Of a DNA stretch of 64,000 nucleotides, positions 49,269-60,836 are shown in pieces. The notes under the pieces are model-generated. The model saw only the letters and a list, made by a program, of their open reading frames with translations, was not told the origin of the DNA and ran no database searches. The position numbers and the translations under genes are program-made. The stretch's first letter is position 1. Every line of letters starts with the position of its first letter. Source of the DNA: an uncultured Gammaproteobacteria bacterium (lineage in GTDB: Bacteria > Pseudomonadota > Gammaproteobacteria > Steroidobacterales > Steroidobacteraceae); the NCBI GenBank assembly GCA_963771615.1, contig CAVYUD010000001.1:11490-75489 (forward strand), written 5' to 3'.

Positions 49269-49724
49269 CTACTTGTTTTTGGCTGTCAAATCGCCCTCAG
49301 CTTCGGCGGTGATTTTGTAGATCTGGGAGTTGGTGAGCGCCAGCGATGATACCCAGTCAAGGCGGAATAGCTCGCGCATTGCATCGGATCGCTCGAAGCC
49401 CTTTTTGCGAATCTTCAGATATTCCTTTTTCAATTTCGCATGATCATTTTTCTTTCGACGCGCCTTACCTGAAGCTTTGCCAGCAGCACTCGCGCGCTTC
49501 GCGGTGGCGCTGCCTTTGCCTGATGCGATGGCGGCGTCAAAGGCCGCTTGATATTCGTCCATCGCGGCTTTCATGCTTTGCAAATCGCCGATCCTGATCG
49601 ACTCGGACACCCGCGCAGCATGGATTTCGTGCGCACGCTTCGCTTCGTCTGAAGCAGCATCGATCACCGATACAAGATCAGCGATTGCCTTCGCAATCGG
49701 GGCTGGCTTCGCCTTGCCGCTCAT
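49269..49724 (-). CDS. Hypothetical protein (151 aa, Ala/Lys-rich)
   Basis: ORF with a 4-nt overlap with the integrase stop. No domain recognised. Confidence 0.45.
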   Translation of the reverse strand: MSGKAKPAPIAKAIADLVSVIDAASDEAKRAHEIHAARVSESIRIGDLQSMKAAMDEYQAAFDAAIASGKGSATAKRASAAGKASGKARRKKNDHAKLKKEYLKIRKKGFERSDAMRELFRLDWVSSLALTNSQIYKITAEAEGDLTAKNK

Positions 49725-50830
49725 TTGCCGCCCAACGCTTTATCAAGCGCGGCATGGCCAGTCACCGCCTTCGTGTCGACCAGGTGCGCATACCGCGCCG
49801 TTACAGCTGGCGATCGATGGCCGAGGACGCTGCCGATTTCCAGCAGGCTTGCGCCATTGGCGGCCAGGAGCGAAGCGCAGCTGTGGCGAAGATCGTGCCA
49901 GCGGAATCCCTGCAGGCCCGCAGCTGCGCGGATGCGGCGCCAGAATCGTTCGACCCACCATTGCGTCGCGGGCTCGCCGCGCTCATTGATGAACACGGCC
50001 GATGTAGAAACGACATTCGCGCGCTTCAGATCCCGAAGGGCAGCGGCAGCGGAGGAGGGCAGGTGCGCGCCGCGCGCGTCGCCATTCTTCGAAATGAGGA
50101 TCCGAAGCGATTGCGCCTCGAAATCGACATCAGCCCACTTCAGGCGCAGCAATTCCCCCTTTCGCAAGCCGGTGGCGATCGAGACCAGCACCGCCGCATA
50201 CATCGTCGGGCCCTGATCCTTCGCGGCGGCCAGGACGCGCGGAAGCTCGAGTTCGGTCAGATGCCGGGTGCGCGGCCGCCGTTCTGTCAGCAGCAGGCGC
50301 GGCGGCCAGACCTGATTCTCTGCCAAGTATCCGGAGGCGCGGCCCCAATTCCAGGCCGATCGAAGCGCCGATAGGTACCGATTGATCGTCGCGGGCGCGA
50401 TGCCGGTCTGCGCAAGCTTGTCTCGCGCATCGCGAAGGGTGACCACGCCGACTTCGCGGATTCGCTTCTCGCCGATCTTATTGACCCACCAAGCCAGCCG
50501 GGCGCACGAATCCTTGTAGGAAAGCAGCCGCTGCGCTTCAGGGTCCGCCAGGTAGGCTGCGGCCAGCTGCGAGACCGTCAGGCTCGTAAGATCGGGCCGC
50601 GCATCGCCTGCCTTGCGCCGCTCAGCGATCAGCTTCGTTTTTTCGGCATCGGCCCAGGCGGCCGCATCATCTTTGCTGCGGAAGGTCTGCGATCGCGCGT
50701 GGAAGGGGCGCACGCGGACCATGGCCACCCAGGCTATCGATCCGTCCTGATTGACGCGGCGCTTGACGTTGCCCTTCCAGCTTCGCTTTGAAGCTGATCG
50801 GGATCGGGCCGTATGATTGGCGGTATCCAT
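49721..50830 (-). CDS. Tyrosine recombinase / phage integrase
   Basis: SAM-like N-domain. Catalytic residues sit in ...ATGLRKGELLRLKW..., ...WHDLRHSCASLL... and ...LGHRSPAVTARYAHL. Adjacent to tRNA-Asn. Confidence 0.9.
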   Translation of the reverse strand: MDTANHTARSRSASKRSWKGNVKRRVNQDGSIAWVAMVRVRPFHARSQTFRSKDDAAAWADAEKTKLIAERRKAGDARPDLTSLTVSQLAAAYLADPEAQRLLSYKDSCARLAWWVNKIGEKRIREVGVVTLRDARDKLAQTGIAPATINRYLSALRSAWNWGRASGYLAENQVWPPRLLLTERRPRTRHLTELELPRVLAAAKDQGPTMYAAVLVSIATGLRKGELLRLKWADVDFEAQSLRILISKNGDARGAHLPSSAAAALRDLKRANVVSTSAVFINERGEPATQWWVERFWRRIRAAAGLQGFRWHDLRHSCASLLAANGASLLEIGSVLGHRSPAVTARYAHLVDTKAVTGHAALDKALGGK

Positions 50831-51031
50831 TGCAGCACCTCGATTGCTGTAGCGGCTAGGCCCTGGTCGATCCTTGCCGGGATCGATCGGGGCTGATTCT
50901 CAAGGCGCGCACTAGGCGCGTAGACGCGAATATGCGCCGCTCTGGGAGGCAGTTGCAACATGGCTTGCAACACGGCAATGCTGGCGAACCGCGGAAAGCG
51001 GCTTAAATACCTGTATTCACTGCGTTTTGAT

Positions 51032-51106
51032 TGGCTCCCCGGGACGGATTCGAACCGCCGACCAACGGATTAACAGTCCGTCGCTCTACCACTGAGCTAC
51101 CGGGGA
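51032..51106 (-). tRNA. tRNA-Asn (GTT), CCA encoded
   Basis: Manual fold: acceptor TCCCCGG/CCGGGGA, anticodon stem ACGGA/TCCGT, loop CTGTTAA, T-arm GGCGG-TTCGAAT-CCGTC. Confidence 0.9.
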
Positions 51107-51199
51107 ATCGGAAGAGGCGCGGGATTGTCGGGAAGCCGCGCATTTAAGTCAAGAAAACAGACCCAATCAGGCTTGTCGCTTCGCGGCAGCCTCTTACTC

Positions 51200-52404
51200 T
51201 TACGCGCGTTTAGCGACCGCCGGAGCAACGGCGAGCCGGATGCGGCTCAACGCGTCCTTGAGCGTGTCCATGCTGCAGGCGAAAGAGATGCGCATATGAT
51301 TCGGGGCACCAAATCCTGATCCTGGGACCACGGCGACCAAGGCGTTCGCCAGCAAGTATTCGGCAAACTCCGTGTCATCTTTCAGTCCGAGTGAGCGCAT
51401 CGCACCTTCGACATTCGCGAAGGCGTAAAACGTTCCGGCACCTGGGCAAGCAGGAAATGCCTGGAATCGCATTCAAGTCCGGCTACCACAAAATCATGCC
51501 GTGCCTTGAACGCCTTGTTCATCTCGCCAACGCAGGTCTGGTCGCCGTTTAGCGCGACCGTGGCGGCGCGTTGTGAAATGCTCGATGCATTCGAGGTGGA
51601 TTGGCCCTGGACGGTGGACATGGCCGCAACAATTTCCTTGGGGCCGCCGCAATAACCAATTCTCCAGCCCGTCATCGCGTAGGCCTTCGAAACGCCGTTG
51701 ATGGTGATGGTGCGGTCATAGAGATTGGGATTCGCCTGAGCAAAGCTCGTGAACGGCTCCGGCGCCCAATAAATATGCTCGTACATCTCGTCCGAGGCGA
51801 TGACAATCTGCGGGTGCTTGGCAAGGACTTGGCCCAAAGCCTGCAACTCTGATTTTGTGTAGGCGGCTCCGGTCGGGTTGCTCGGACTGTTAATGATGAA
51901 AAGCTTGGTGCGTTGAGTGATCGCGGCCGCGAGTTGTGCGGCCGTGATCTTGTAGGATTGTGAGGGCCCGGCATAAACGAAGACCGGTACACCGTCGGCC
52001 AACAGTGCCATGTCGGGATACGATACCCAGTAGGGCGCCGGAATGACGCATTCATCGCCCGGATCGAGCAGTGCGGCGCAGGCATTAAAACAAGTCTGTT
52101 TGGCCCCGGAGGAAACCAAGATTTGGCTTCGATCATAGGTTAGCGAGTTGTCTCGCTTGAACTTGGCAATAATTGCATCCTTCAATTCAGCCGTGCCGTC
52201 GACGGCGGTATAGCGTGTGATCCCCTTGCGAATGGCTTCGATGCCCGCATCTGAGATATGCGCGGGTGTGTCGAAATCCGGCTCCCCTGCCGCCAATCCG
52301 ATGATGTCCTTACCCTCCGCTTTGAGCTTGGCGGCTCGGGCGGTCATCGCGAGGGTCGGAGAGGGCTTAACCTTTTGAACGCGCTGGGAAAGGGGCAAGG
52401 GCAA
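51200..52404 (-). CDS. Class I pyridoxal-phosphate aminotransferase (aspartate aminotransferase-like), two closely spaced frameshifts as sequenced
   Basis: ...GEPDFDTP..., ...NSPSNPTG..., ...GVSKAYAMTGWRIGY... in ORF 51382..52404. The C-terminus (GAGTFYAF...MRISFA...) is in ORF 51200..51472. Two single-A insertions lie near 51440-51480. Confidence 0.85.
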
Positions 52405-52576
52405 GGGGACATACCTATGTTAAATCGAGAGGGTTTGAGTGTACGAAAAAAGACCAACCCATGCCAGGAAACCTTAGCCTCGAGCGTGTGACATATGGCA
52501 TTCCGAAAATGCGTACCGGTGCACCGCGCCATGCGCGAACGCCTCGAATCTTTGCAACGTGAGAGAATATGCAGAC

Positions 52577-54579
52577 ATGAAGTTCGAACTTTTTTCAGAT
52601 TACCTGCCTGCAGGGGATCAGCCGCAAGCAATTGAAAAGCTGGTCGATGGCTTGAGCAGCGGACTTGCGCACCAGACGCTTTTAGGGGTGACTGGATCGG
52701 GCAAGACCTTCACCATCGCCAACGTCATCCAGCAGGTGCAGCGTCCGACGCTGGTGCTGGCGCACAACAAGACGCTCGCCGCGCAGTTGTACGGCGAGTT
52801 CAAGATCTTCTTCCCGAAGAATTCGGTCGAGTACTTTGTTTCCTACTACGACTACTACCAGCCGGAAGCCTACGTTCCTGCCTCGGATACCTTCATCGAA
52901 AAGGATGCCTCGATCAATGAGCACATCGAGCAGATGCGCTTGTCCGCGACCAAGGCGCTGTTGGAGCGGCCTGACTCCATCATCGTGGCGACCGTGTCCG
53001 CCATTTACGGCTTGGGTGATCCGAACGCGTACTTGAGCATGGTATTGCACATGTCGCGCGGCGACATTCTCGATCAGCGCAAGCTGCTGCGGCGCTTGGC
53101 CGACATGCAGTACACGCGCAACGAAATCGATCTGCAGCAGGGTACCTATCGGGTGCGCGGCGATGTCATCGACATCTTTCCGGCGGAATCCGAGCGCGAG
53201 GCGGTGCGCGTGGAGTTATTCGACGATCGCGTCGAGAGCTTGAGCTTTTTTGATCCTCTCACCGGCGAAGTGATGCGCAAAGTGCCGCGCCTCACCATTT
53301 ATCCCTCCTCGCACTATGTGACGCCGAAGGAAAGAGTGCACTCCGCGGTCGATCAAATTCGCGATGAACTGCGCACCCGGCTGCTCGAGTTGAACGCGGG
53401 CGGCAAGCTGGTAGAGGCGCAGCGCCTGCAGCAGCGCACGCTCTTTGACTTGGAAATGATGCATGAGGTGGGCTACTGCGCCGGCATCGAGAATTATTCT
53501 CGATATTTGTCCGGGCGCGCTGCCGGCGAGCCGCCGCCCTGTCTGTTCGATTACCTGCCGAAGGATGCGCTGATGGTGATCGATGAAAGCCATCAGACAA
53601 TCCCGCAGCTCGGCGCGATGTACAAGGGTGATCGATCGCGCAAGGAAACGCTGGTCGAGTACGGCTTCCGCTTGCCCTCGGCGCTGGACAATCGACCGTT
53701 GAGATTTGAGGAATTCGAACATTTGGCGCCGCAGGCGATTTACGTGTCGGCGACCCCCGCTGCCTATGAGAAGCGCGTTTCGGCCCAGGTCATCGAGCAG
53801 GTCGTGCGCCCGACGGGCCTCACCGATCCGCCGGTGGAAATCCGACCGGTTCGTGCGCAAGTGGATGATTTGTTGTCGGAGATTCGCATTCGCGCGCAGG
53901 CGAATGAGCGAGTGCTTGGTTACCACACTCACCAAGCGGATGGCGGAGGATCTGACCGAATATTTGAGCGAACATGGCGTCAGGGTTCGCTATCTGCACG
54001 CCGATATCGAGACGGTCGAGCGTTCGGAAATCATTCGCGATCTGCGTTTGGGGAAGTTCGACGTGATTGTCGGCATCAATTTGCTGCGCGAAGGACTCGA
54101 CATGCCGGAGGTTTCGCTGGTAGCCATCCTCGATGCCGACAAGGAAGGTTTCCTGCGGTCCGAAGGTTCGCTGATCCAGACCATTGGACGCGCGGCGCGC
54201 AACATTTCTGGCAAGGCGATCCTATACGCGGACGTGCGCACCGGCTCGATCGAGCGCGCAATTGCCGAGACCGATCGGCGCCGCAACAAGCAAATCCAGT
54301 TCAATGTCGAACATGGCATCACGCCGCGCAGCATCATCAAGGCGGTCGCCGATGTCATGGAAGGCGCGCGCGACGTGCAAGACGGCGAACGCTATGGCTG
54401 CGGGCAGCGACGTCGCCCTGTTGGCGCCGGAGCAGGCAGTGAAGCGCATCAAGAAGCTCGAAATTGAAATGACAAAATTGGCACGTAATCTCGAGTTCGA
54501 ACAGGCCGCGCGAGTGCGCGATGAAATCCAAAAGCTGCGGGCTTCGGCATTCGGATTGCCGAGCACTCGGGCAGGGTAG
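52577..54579 (+). CDS. uvrB: Excinuclease ABC subunit B, two frameshifts as sequenced
   Basis: [22 protein letters not shown]...GVTGSGKTF... continues through frames 52559/53706/54184. It ends with the UVR domain ([17 protein letters not shown]). Shifts lie near 53917 and 54390. Confidence 0.9.
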
Positions 54580-54585
54580 GTACTT

Positions 54586-56477
54586 ATGGCAGTGGAAAAC
54601 GGTCAGTCCCAAGAGCTGGACCTCGACAAGACCGACAGGCTCCCGATTCTCGAGGGCGTGCTGTTCGACGAAGATGTGGCGGACGATGCGGTGCGCCTGG
54701 ATCGGCTGCCGACCGCGTCTTTGTTGGCGAGCAATCCACAGAATGACTTTGTCCGCCCGTCATCGATTGATCTGCCGTCGCTTGCGGAGAGCGTGCGCAC
54801 GGTCGAAGAACGGATCGCCCGGCAGAATGCCGAATATGAGGCGCTGACGCGTTCCTACGAACGTGCCCGCGATGCCGAGACCGCGGCCGTAGCCCGGGCG
54901 GGCGCCGTGGAGCGCGATCTGGCTGTCGGCCCGCGCCGCCTTGGAGGCGGAGCAGGCGCGCTCTCGCGAGTTTGAAAAATCCTCCGCGGAAAGGGCTGCG
55001 GCGATCGACGCTGCAAAGTCACGCGCCGCGGAGGCCGCGCGTGATTCGGAGCGCCACCAGGCAGAGGCACGCGTGCTGCGCGAGTCTTTGGCCGCGCGCG
55101 ACGCCACGGTTGTTCAATTGCTGCACTCCTTGAGTGAGCGGGACGCCCAGCTGTCTGCCGTGCAGTCAGAGCACGCCAAAGTGCTGCCCGTCCTCGAATC
55201 GCGCGTCAAGAGCAACCTACAATTGGAGAACGAGCTGGGCGCGGTGCGTGCGCAGCTGACAACAGTGTCCGCGGAACTCAAGGCAAGTCAGCAGCAGGCA
55301 GGTGCGCTCGGCGCGTTGGCTAAGCGCAACGAATCAGAGATCCGCGCCGCGCGCGCTGATTTGGCGCTCACCAAGACCCACGCTAGCTCCTACCTGGAAT
55401 TGTTGCGAACTCGAGATTGGCGCAGCAATTTCCAACAGAATCTGTTTCGCGACATGGACGCGAAGGTCGCCGCGTCGGATACCGCACGCGAGACTCTCAA
55501 AGCCGAGCGCGACCAGATCGAGGCTCAATTGGCCTCGTTCGAAGCGAAGATTGCTGCGCAAAGCGCCACCATCGAGCAATTGCAAGGCGCAGCGGCAGCG
55601 CAGGCCGGCTCGGTCGCTGAACGTATGAAGCGCTTGGCCGAAGCTGAGCAGCAGCGCGTCGAGTTGACCAGCAAGCTCACGGTGCTGGAGACCGACCGAA
55701 CGCGCCTGCGTAGCGAGCTTTCTGCCCGGGATCAGGCACTCGCCGAGGCGCAAGCCAGCGTGGCCACCGCCACGCAGCGCATCACGCAGTTGCAGTCCGA
55801 GCATGCTGCGAGAATTGCGCAACTCGAAACCGACGCGGAGACGCGCGAGCAGGAAATGACGGTGCTCATGGCACATCTGCAAGAAGCGCGGCGGCCGATC
55901 GAGATCGATCGAAGGCCGACGTCAAGCGCTTGAAAGACGAACTGGCCCTCAAGAGCGCCAGGCCATCAACGATCTCACGGAGGAGGCGGATAAGTTGCGC
56001 ACGTCGCTCGAGCGCACACGCGGTCAGCTCGAGGAGCGCGAGTTCCTGATCCGACGCTTGGAGCGCAGCGAGAGCAACAATGCCAACGTGCTCGGCCGAA
56101 TTCAGACCAGCATGGAACGGTTGGGATCCTCGGTCACGTCGAACGGGAACGGCGCGCCGGCTCTGGAATGGGCGCCGGAACTGATCCGCATGGACGGCGA
56201 TCGAAGCATCAGCCATACCTTGGGCCGCCGCACGCGCATTGGGCGCGCGCCCGGCTGCGAGTTGCACATCGACTCCTCATCGGTGAGCCGCCACCATGCG
56301 CTCATACTGGCCGGAACGCGCGAGGCCATCATCGAGGACCTGAACAGCACCAACGGCGTGATCTTGAATGGACGCAAGGTGACGCGGCAGGTCTTGAACG
56401 ATGGGGACATCCTGACGCTCGGGGAGATTCAATTCCGGTACGTGGCAAAACCGTCGCAGCCGGCCCTCCAGGGGTGA
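54586..56477 (+). CDS. Long coiled-coil protein with a C-terminal FHA domain, two frameshifts as sequenced
   Basis: Three consecutive ORFs (54586.., 54941.., 55995..). The central part is Ala/Glu/Gln-rich coiled coil. The C-terminus reads RIGRAPGCELHIDSSSVSRHHALI...STNGVILNGRKV (FHA). Confidence 0.75.
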
Positions 56478-56549
56478 TTTTCCAGCCAGCTCGGCGACTT
56501 TTGCTTTATTGGTGCCGGCGAATCCGGTATCTTTCGCGCCCGACGGCTT

Positions 56550-56624
56550 GCGCGCTTAGCTCAGCGGTAGAGCATCACCTTGACATGGTGGGGGTCAGTG
56601 GTTCGATCCCACTAGCGCGCACCA
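56550..56624 (+). tRNA. tRNA-Val (GAC), CCA encoded
   Basis: Manual fold: acceptor GCGCGCT/AGCGCGC, anticodon loop TTGACAT, T-arm AGTGG-TTCGATC-CCACT. Confidence 0.9.
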
Positions 56625-56670
56625 TCCCTTTCAGACGAGGGATGCCGGCCCCCTTTGTTAAGATGCGTTC

Positions 56671-58628
56671 ATGCCTGCGATTACTCTTCCTGACGGTAGC
56701 CAAAAACACTTCGACCAAGCGATTTCGGTGGCAGAGGTGGCCGCCAGCATCGGCCCCGGACTCGCCAAGGCGGCGCTTGCGGGCAAGGTGAATGGCAAAG
56801 CTCGTCGATACCTCGGCGTCGATCGATCAGGACGCCACTTTAAGCATCGTGACCGACAAGGACCCGGAAGGGCTGGAAATCATTCGCCACTCCACGGCAC
56901 ATCTGCTGGCGAATGCCGTGCAAGAACTCTTTCCCGACGCGCAAGTCACCATCGGCCCGGTGATCGAAAACGGCTTTTACTATGATTTCGCCTACAAGCG
57001 GCCGTTCTCCACCGACGACTTGGCAGCGATCGAAAAACGCATGGCCGAGATCTCCGCCAAGGACCTGAAGGTGCACCGGCGCGTGCTGCCGCGTGATGAA
57101 GCGGTGGCGCACTTCAAGAAAATCGGCGAGCATCTACAAGGCCGAGATCATCGCGGCGATTCCGCCCGGGGAATCGATCAGCCTATATGGCCAGGGCGAT
57201 TGGGAGGACCTGTGCCGGGGCCCGCACGTTCCCAGCACCGGCAAGCTCAAGGCCTTCAAATTGATGAAGGTGGCCGGCGCCTACTGGCGGGGCGATTCCA
57301 ACAATGAAATGTTGCAGCGGATCTACGGCACCGCCTGGGCCAACGAAAAGCAGCTCAAGGAATACCTGACGCGACTGGAAGAAGCGGAAAAGCGCGATCA
57401 TCGGCGCATCGGCAAGGAACTGGACCTGTTCCATTTGCAGGAAGAGGCGCCGGGGGCGGTGTTCTGGCATCCCAAGGGCTGGGCGCTATTTCAACAGTTG
57501 ATCGCCTACATGCGCGCAGCGCCAAACCGAGGCGGGCTATCAAGAGGTCAACACCCCGCAAGTGATGGACCGCGAGCTGTGGGTCAAGTCGGGCCACATC
57601 GAGACCTTCGGCGAGAACATGTTCATGACGCAGACACCCGATGATCGGGTGTTTGCGCTCAAGCCCATGAATTGCCCGGGTCACATCCAGGTGTTCAAGC
57701 AGGGACTGCGCAGCTATCGCGAATTGCCGCTGCGCCTGGCCGAGTTTGGCGCCGTGCACCGCTACGAGCCGTCGGGTGCGCTGCATGGGCTCATGCGCGT
57801 GCGCGCCTTTACTCAAGATGACGCCCACATCTTTTGCACGCCGGAGCAAATCACCGCGGAGTCCGTCAAGATCACCGAGTTGATCTTGGGGATTTACCGC
57901 GACTTTGGGTTTGACGATGTGCGCATCAAATTTTCCGACCGCCCGGCAAAGCGCGTGGGTTCTGATGAGATCTGGGACATGGCGGAAATGGCCTTGAGGC
58001 ATGCCTCCGCCGCCGCCGGGCATCGAAACCACCTTGAATCCGGGCGAGGGGGCCTTTTACGGACCCAAGCTGGAGTTCGTTTTACGGGATGCCATCGGGC
58101 GCGACTGGCAGTGCGGCACCCTGCAAGTGGATTTCAATCTCCCGGTACGCCTCGGCGCCCAGCTACATCGGCGAGGACAGCCAGAAACACACCCCGGTCA
58201 TGCTGCACCGGGCGATGTTCGGCTCGTTGGAGCGTTTTATCGGGATTTTGATCGAACATCATGCCGGCAAATTGCCCACTTGGCTGGCCCCGGTACAGGC
58301 CGTTGTGATGGGAATTACCAACACGTCAGGACAAATATTGTCTGGAAGTGGCGGAAAACCTGAAAAATCAGGGGCTTCGAGTAGAAACGGACTTGAGGTA
58401 TGAGAAGGTAGGCTTTAAAATCCGCGAGCACACAATTAAGCGTGTCCCTTTCCTTCTGGTCGCGGGTGAGCGGGAAGTGGAGGGACGCACCCTGTCCGTT
58501 CGCACGCGCGCTGGCGAAGATCTCGGCACCATGGAGCTCCGAAGCTCTATGCCTTTCTTCGCGAGCAAGTCGCGAGCCGCGGACATTTTGTTTTGGAGGA
58601 TCGTGTATCGCAACGTCGAAGCGGGTAA
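56671..58628 (+). CDS. thrS: Threonyl-tRNA synthetase, shattered into at least 8 frame segments as sequenced
   Basis: TGS domain ([14 protein letters not shown]), editing domain ([11 protein letters not shown]), class II core ([11 protein letters not shown]..., [22 protein letters not shown]) and anticodon-binding domain (VQAVVMGIT...KIREH) are read across frames. Shifts lie near 56800, 57125, 57515, 58018, 58150, 58325 and 58540. The exact 3' end is uncertain. Confidence 0.85.
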
Positions 58629-59125
58629 GGCGCAATGAAGAGATCTCCGCACCATCGGTGCGAGTGATCGCAGCCGATGGAAGCCAAGCAGGGGTAATGA
58701 CACGCGCGGAAGCGCTGCAGATGGCCCTCTCGCAAACTCTGGACCTCGTCGAGGTCTCGCCGATGGCGGAGCCGCCGGTGGTACGAGTCATGGATTTCGG
58801 CAAATTCTTGTTCGAACAAAACAAGAAGGCGCACGCGGCGAAGCGTAAGCAGAAGCAGATTCAAGTCAAGGAAGTAAAGTTTCGTCCCGGGACGGAAGAG
58901 GCGGACTACCAGGTCAAACTGCGTAGCATCATCCGCTTCCTGACCGAGGGTGATAAGGCCAAGGTGACTTTGCGTTACCGCGGCCGTGAGCTCGTGCATC
59001 AAGACATCGGTCGCCGGCTACTCACGCGGATTTCTGAAGACCTCGCACCGTATTCGGTGGTGGAGCAGAACCCGCTGATGGAAGGCAAGCAGATGGTCAT
59101 GGTGTTCGGGCCCAAAAAGAAGTGA
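58607..59125 (+). CDS. infC: Translation initiation factor IF-3 (non-canonical ATC start proposed)
   Basis: ...[18 protein letters not shown]...[22 protein letters not shown]...[20 protein letters not shown]...[10 protein letters not shown]. There is no ATG/GTG/TTG in frame after the GGAGGA at 58595-58600. ATC 58607 follows it. Confidence 0.85.
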   Translation: MATSKRVRRNEEISAPSVRVIAADGSQAGVMTRAEALQMALSQTLDLVEVSPMAEPPVVRVMDFGKFLFEQNKKAHAAKRKQKQIQVKEVKFRPGTEEADYQVKLRSIIRFLTEGDKAKVTLRYRGRELVHQDIGRRLLTRISEDLAPYSVVEQNPLMEGKQMVMVFGPKKK

Positions 59126-59220
59126 GCGGCAGACCTTAAAAATCTGCCACCCCGCCTGTAGCGGCGACCTGGTCACAGCCGGGGCGCTTGTGAGCAGGGC
59201 TATAAAATTAGGAGTCGATC

Positions 59221-59415
59221 ATGCCCAAGTTGAAAACTAAGCGGGCTGCGGCGAAGCGTTTTCGCAAAACAGCGAATGGCTTCAAACGCGGTCAGTCCCA
59301 CCGTCGTCATATCCTGACGAAAAAACCGAGCAAGCGTAAGCGCCAGCTGCGCCGCGAGATGCACGTCAGCGAGTCTGACGTTAAGCGCATCAAGCAATGT
59401 TTGCCGAACGCCTAA
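59221..59415 (+). CDS. rpmI: 50S ribosomal protein L35
   Basis: [35 protein letters not shown]... Confidence 0.95.
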   Translation: MPKLKTKRAAAKRFRKTANGFKRGQSHRRHILTKKPSKRKRQLRREMHVSESDVKRIKQCLPNA

Positions 59416-59433
59416 AGAGTCAGGAGATAAAAC

Positions 59434-60823
<1,390 letters not shown>

Positions 60824-60836
60824 AGAATCCTCTGCC

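Larger units (their letters stand above)
41920..51031. mobile_element. tRNA-Asn-integrated ~9.1 kb element carrying integrase, replication-initiator-like protein, HK97 prohead protease, HK97 major capsid protein and a cargo operon (phage-satellite-like)
   Basis: Bounded by the 45-nt direct repeat and the tRNA. The integrase is adjacent to the tRNA. Nearly all genes are co-oriented. No portal, terminase, tail or lysis genes were recognised. Confidence 0.75.

Noticed and set aside
41920-51031. Interpreting the HK97-fold protein as an encapsulin nanocompartment shell.
   Set aside because: The gene is directly preceded by an HK97-type prohead protease and embedded in an integrase/att-bounded element. 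That is a phage-type capsid context, not an encapsulin-cargo operon.
52405-52576. A LexA (SOS) box upstream of uvrB.
   Set aside because: No CTGT-N8-ACAG or other recognisable LexA-type palindrome was seen in the aminotransferase/uvrB intergenic region.
56671-58628. thrS (and uvrB, pheT, aminotransferase) as genuine pseudogenes indicating reductive genome evolution.
   Set aside because: Simultaneous loss of several essential genes is implausible. Many of the shifts are single-base indels in short runs, and all conserved motifs are otherwise intact with no premature stops in the correct frames. Assembly error is more parsimonious.
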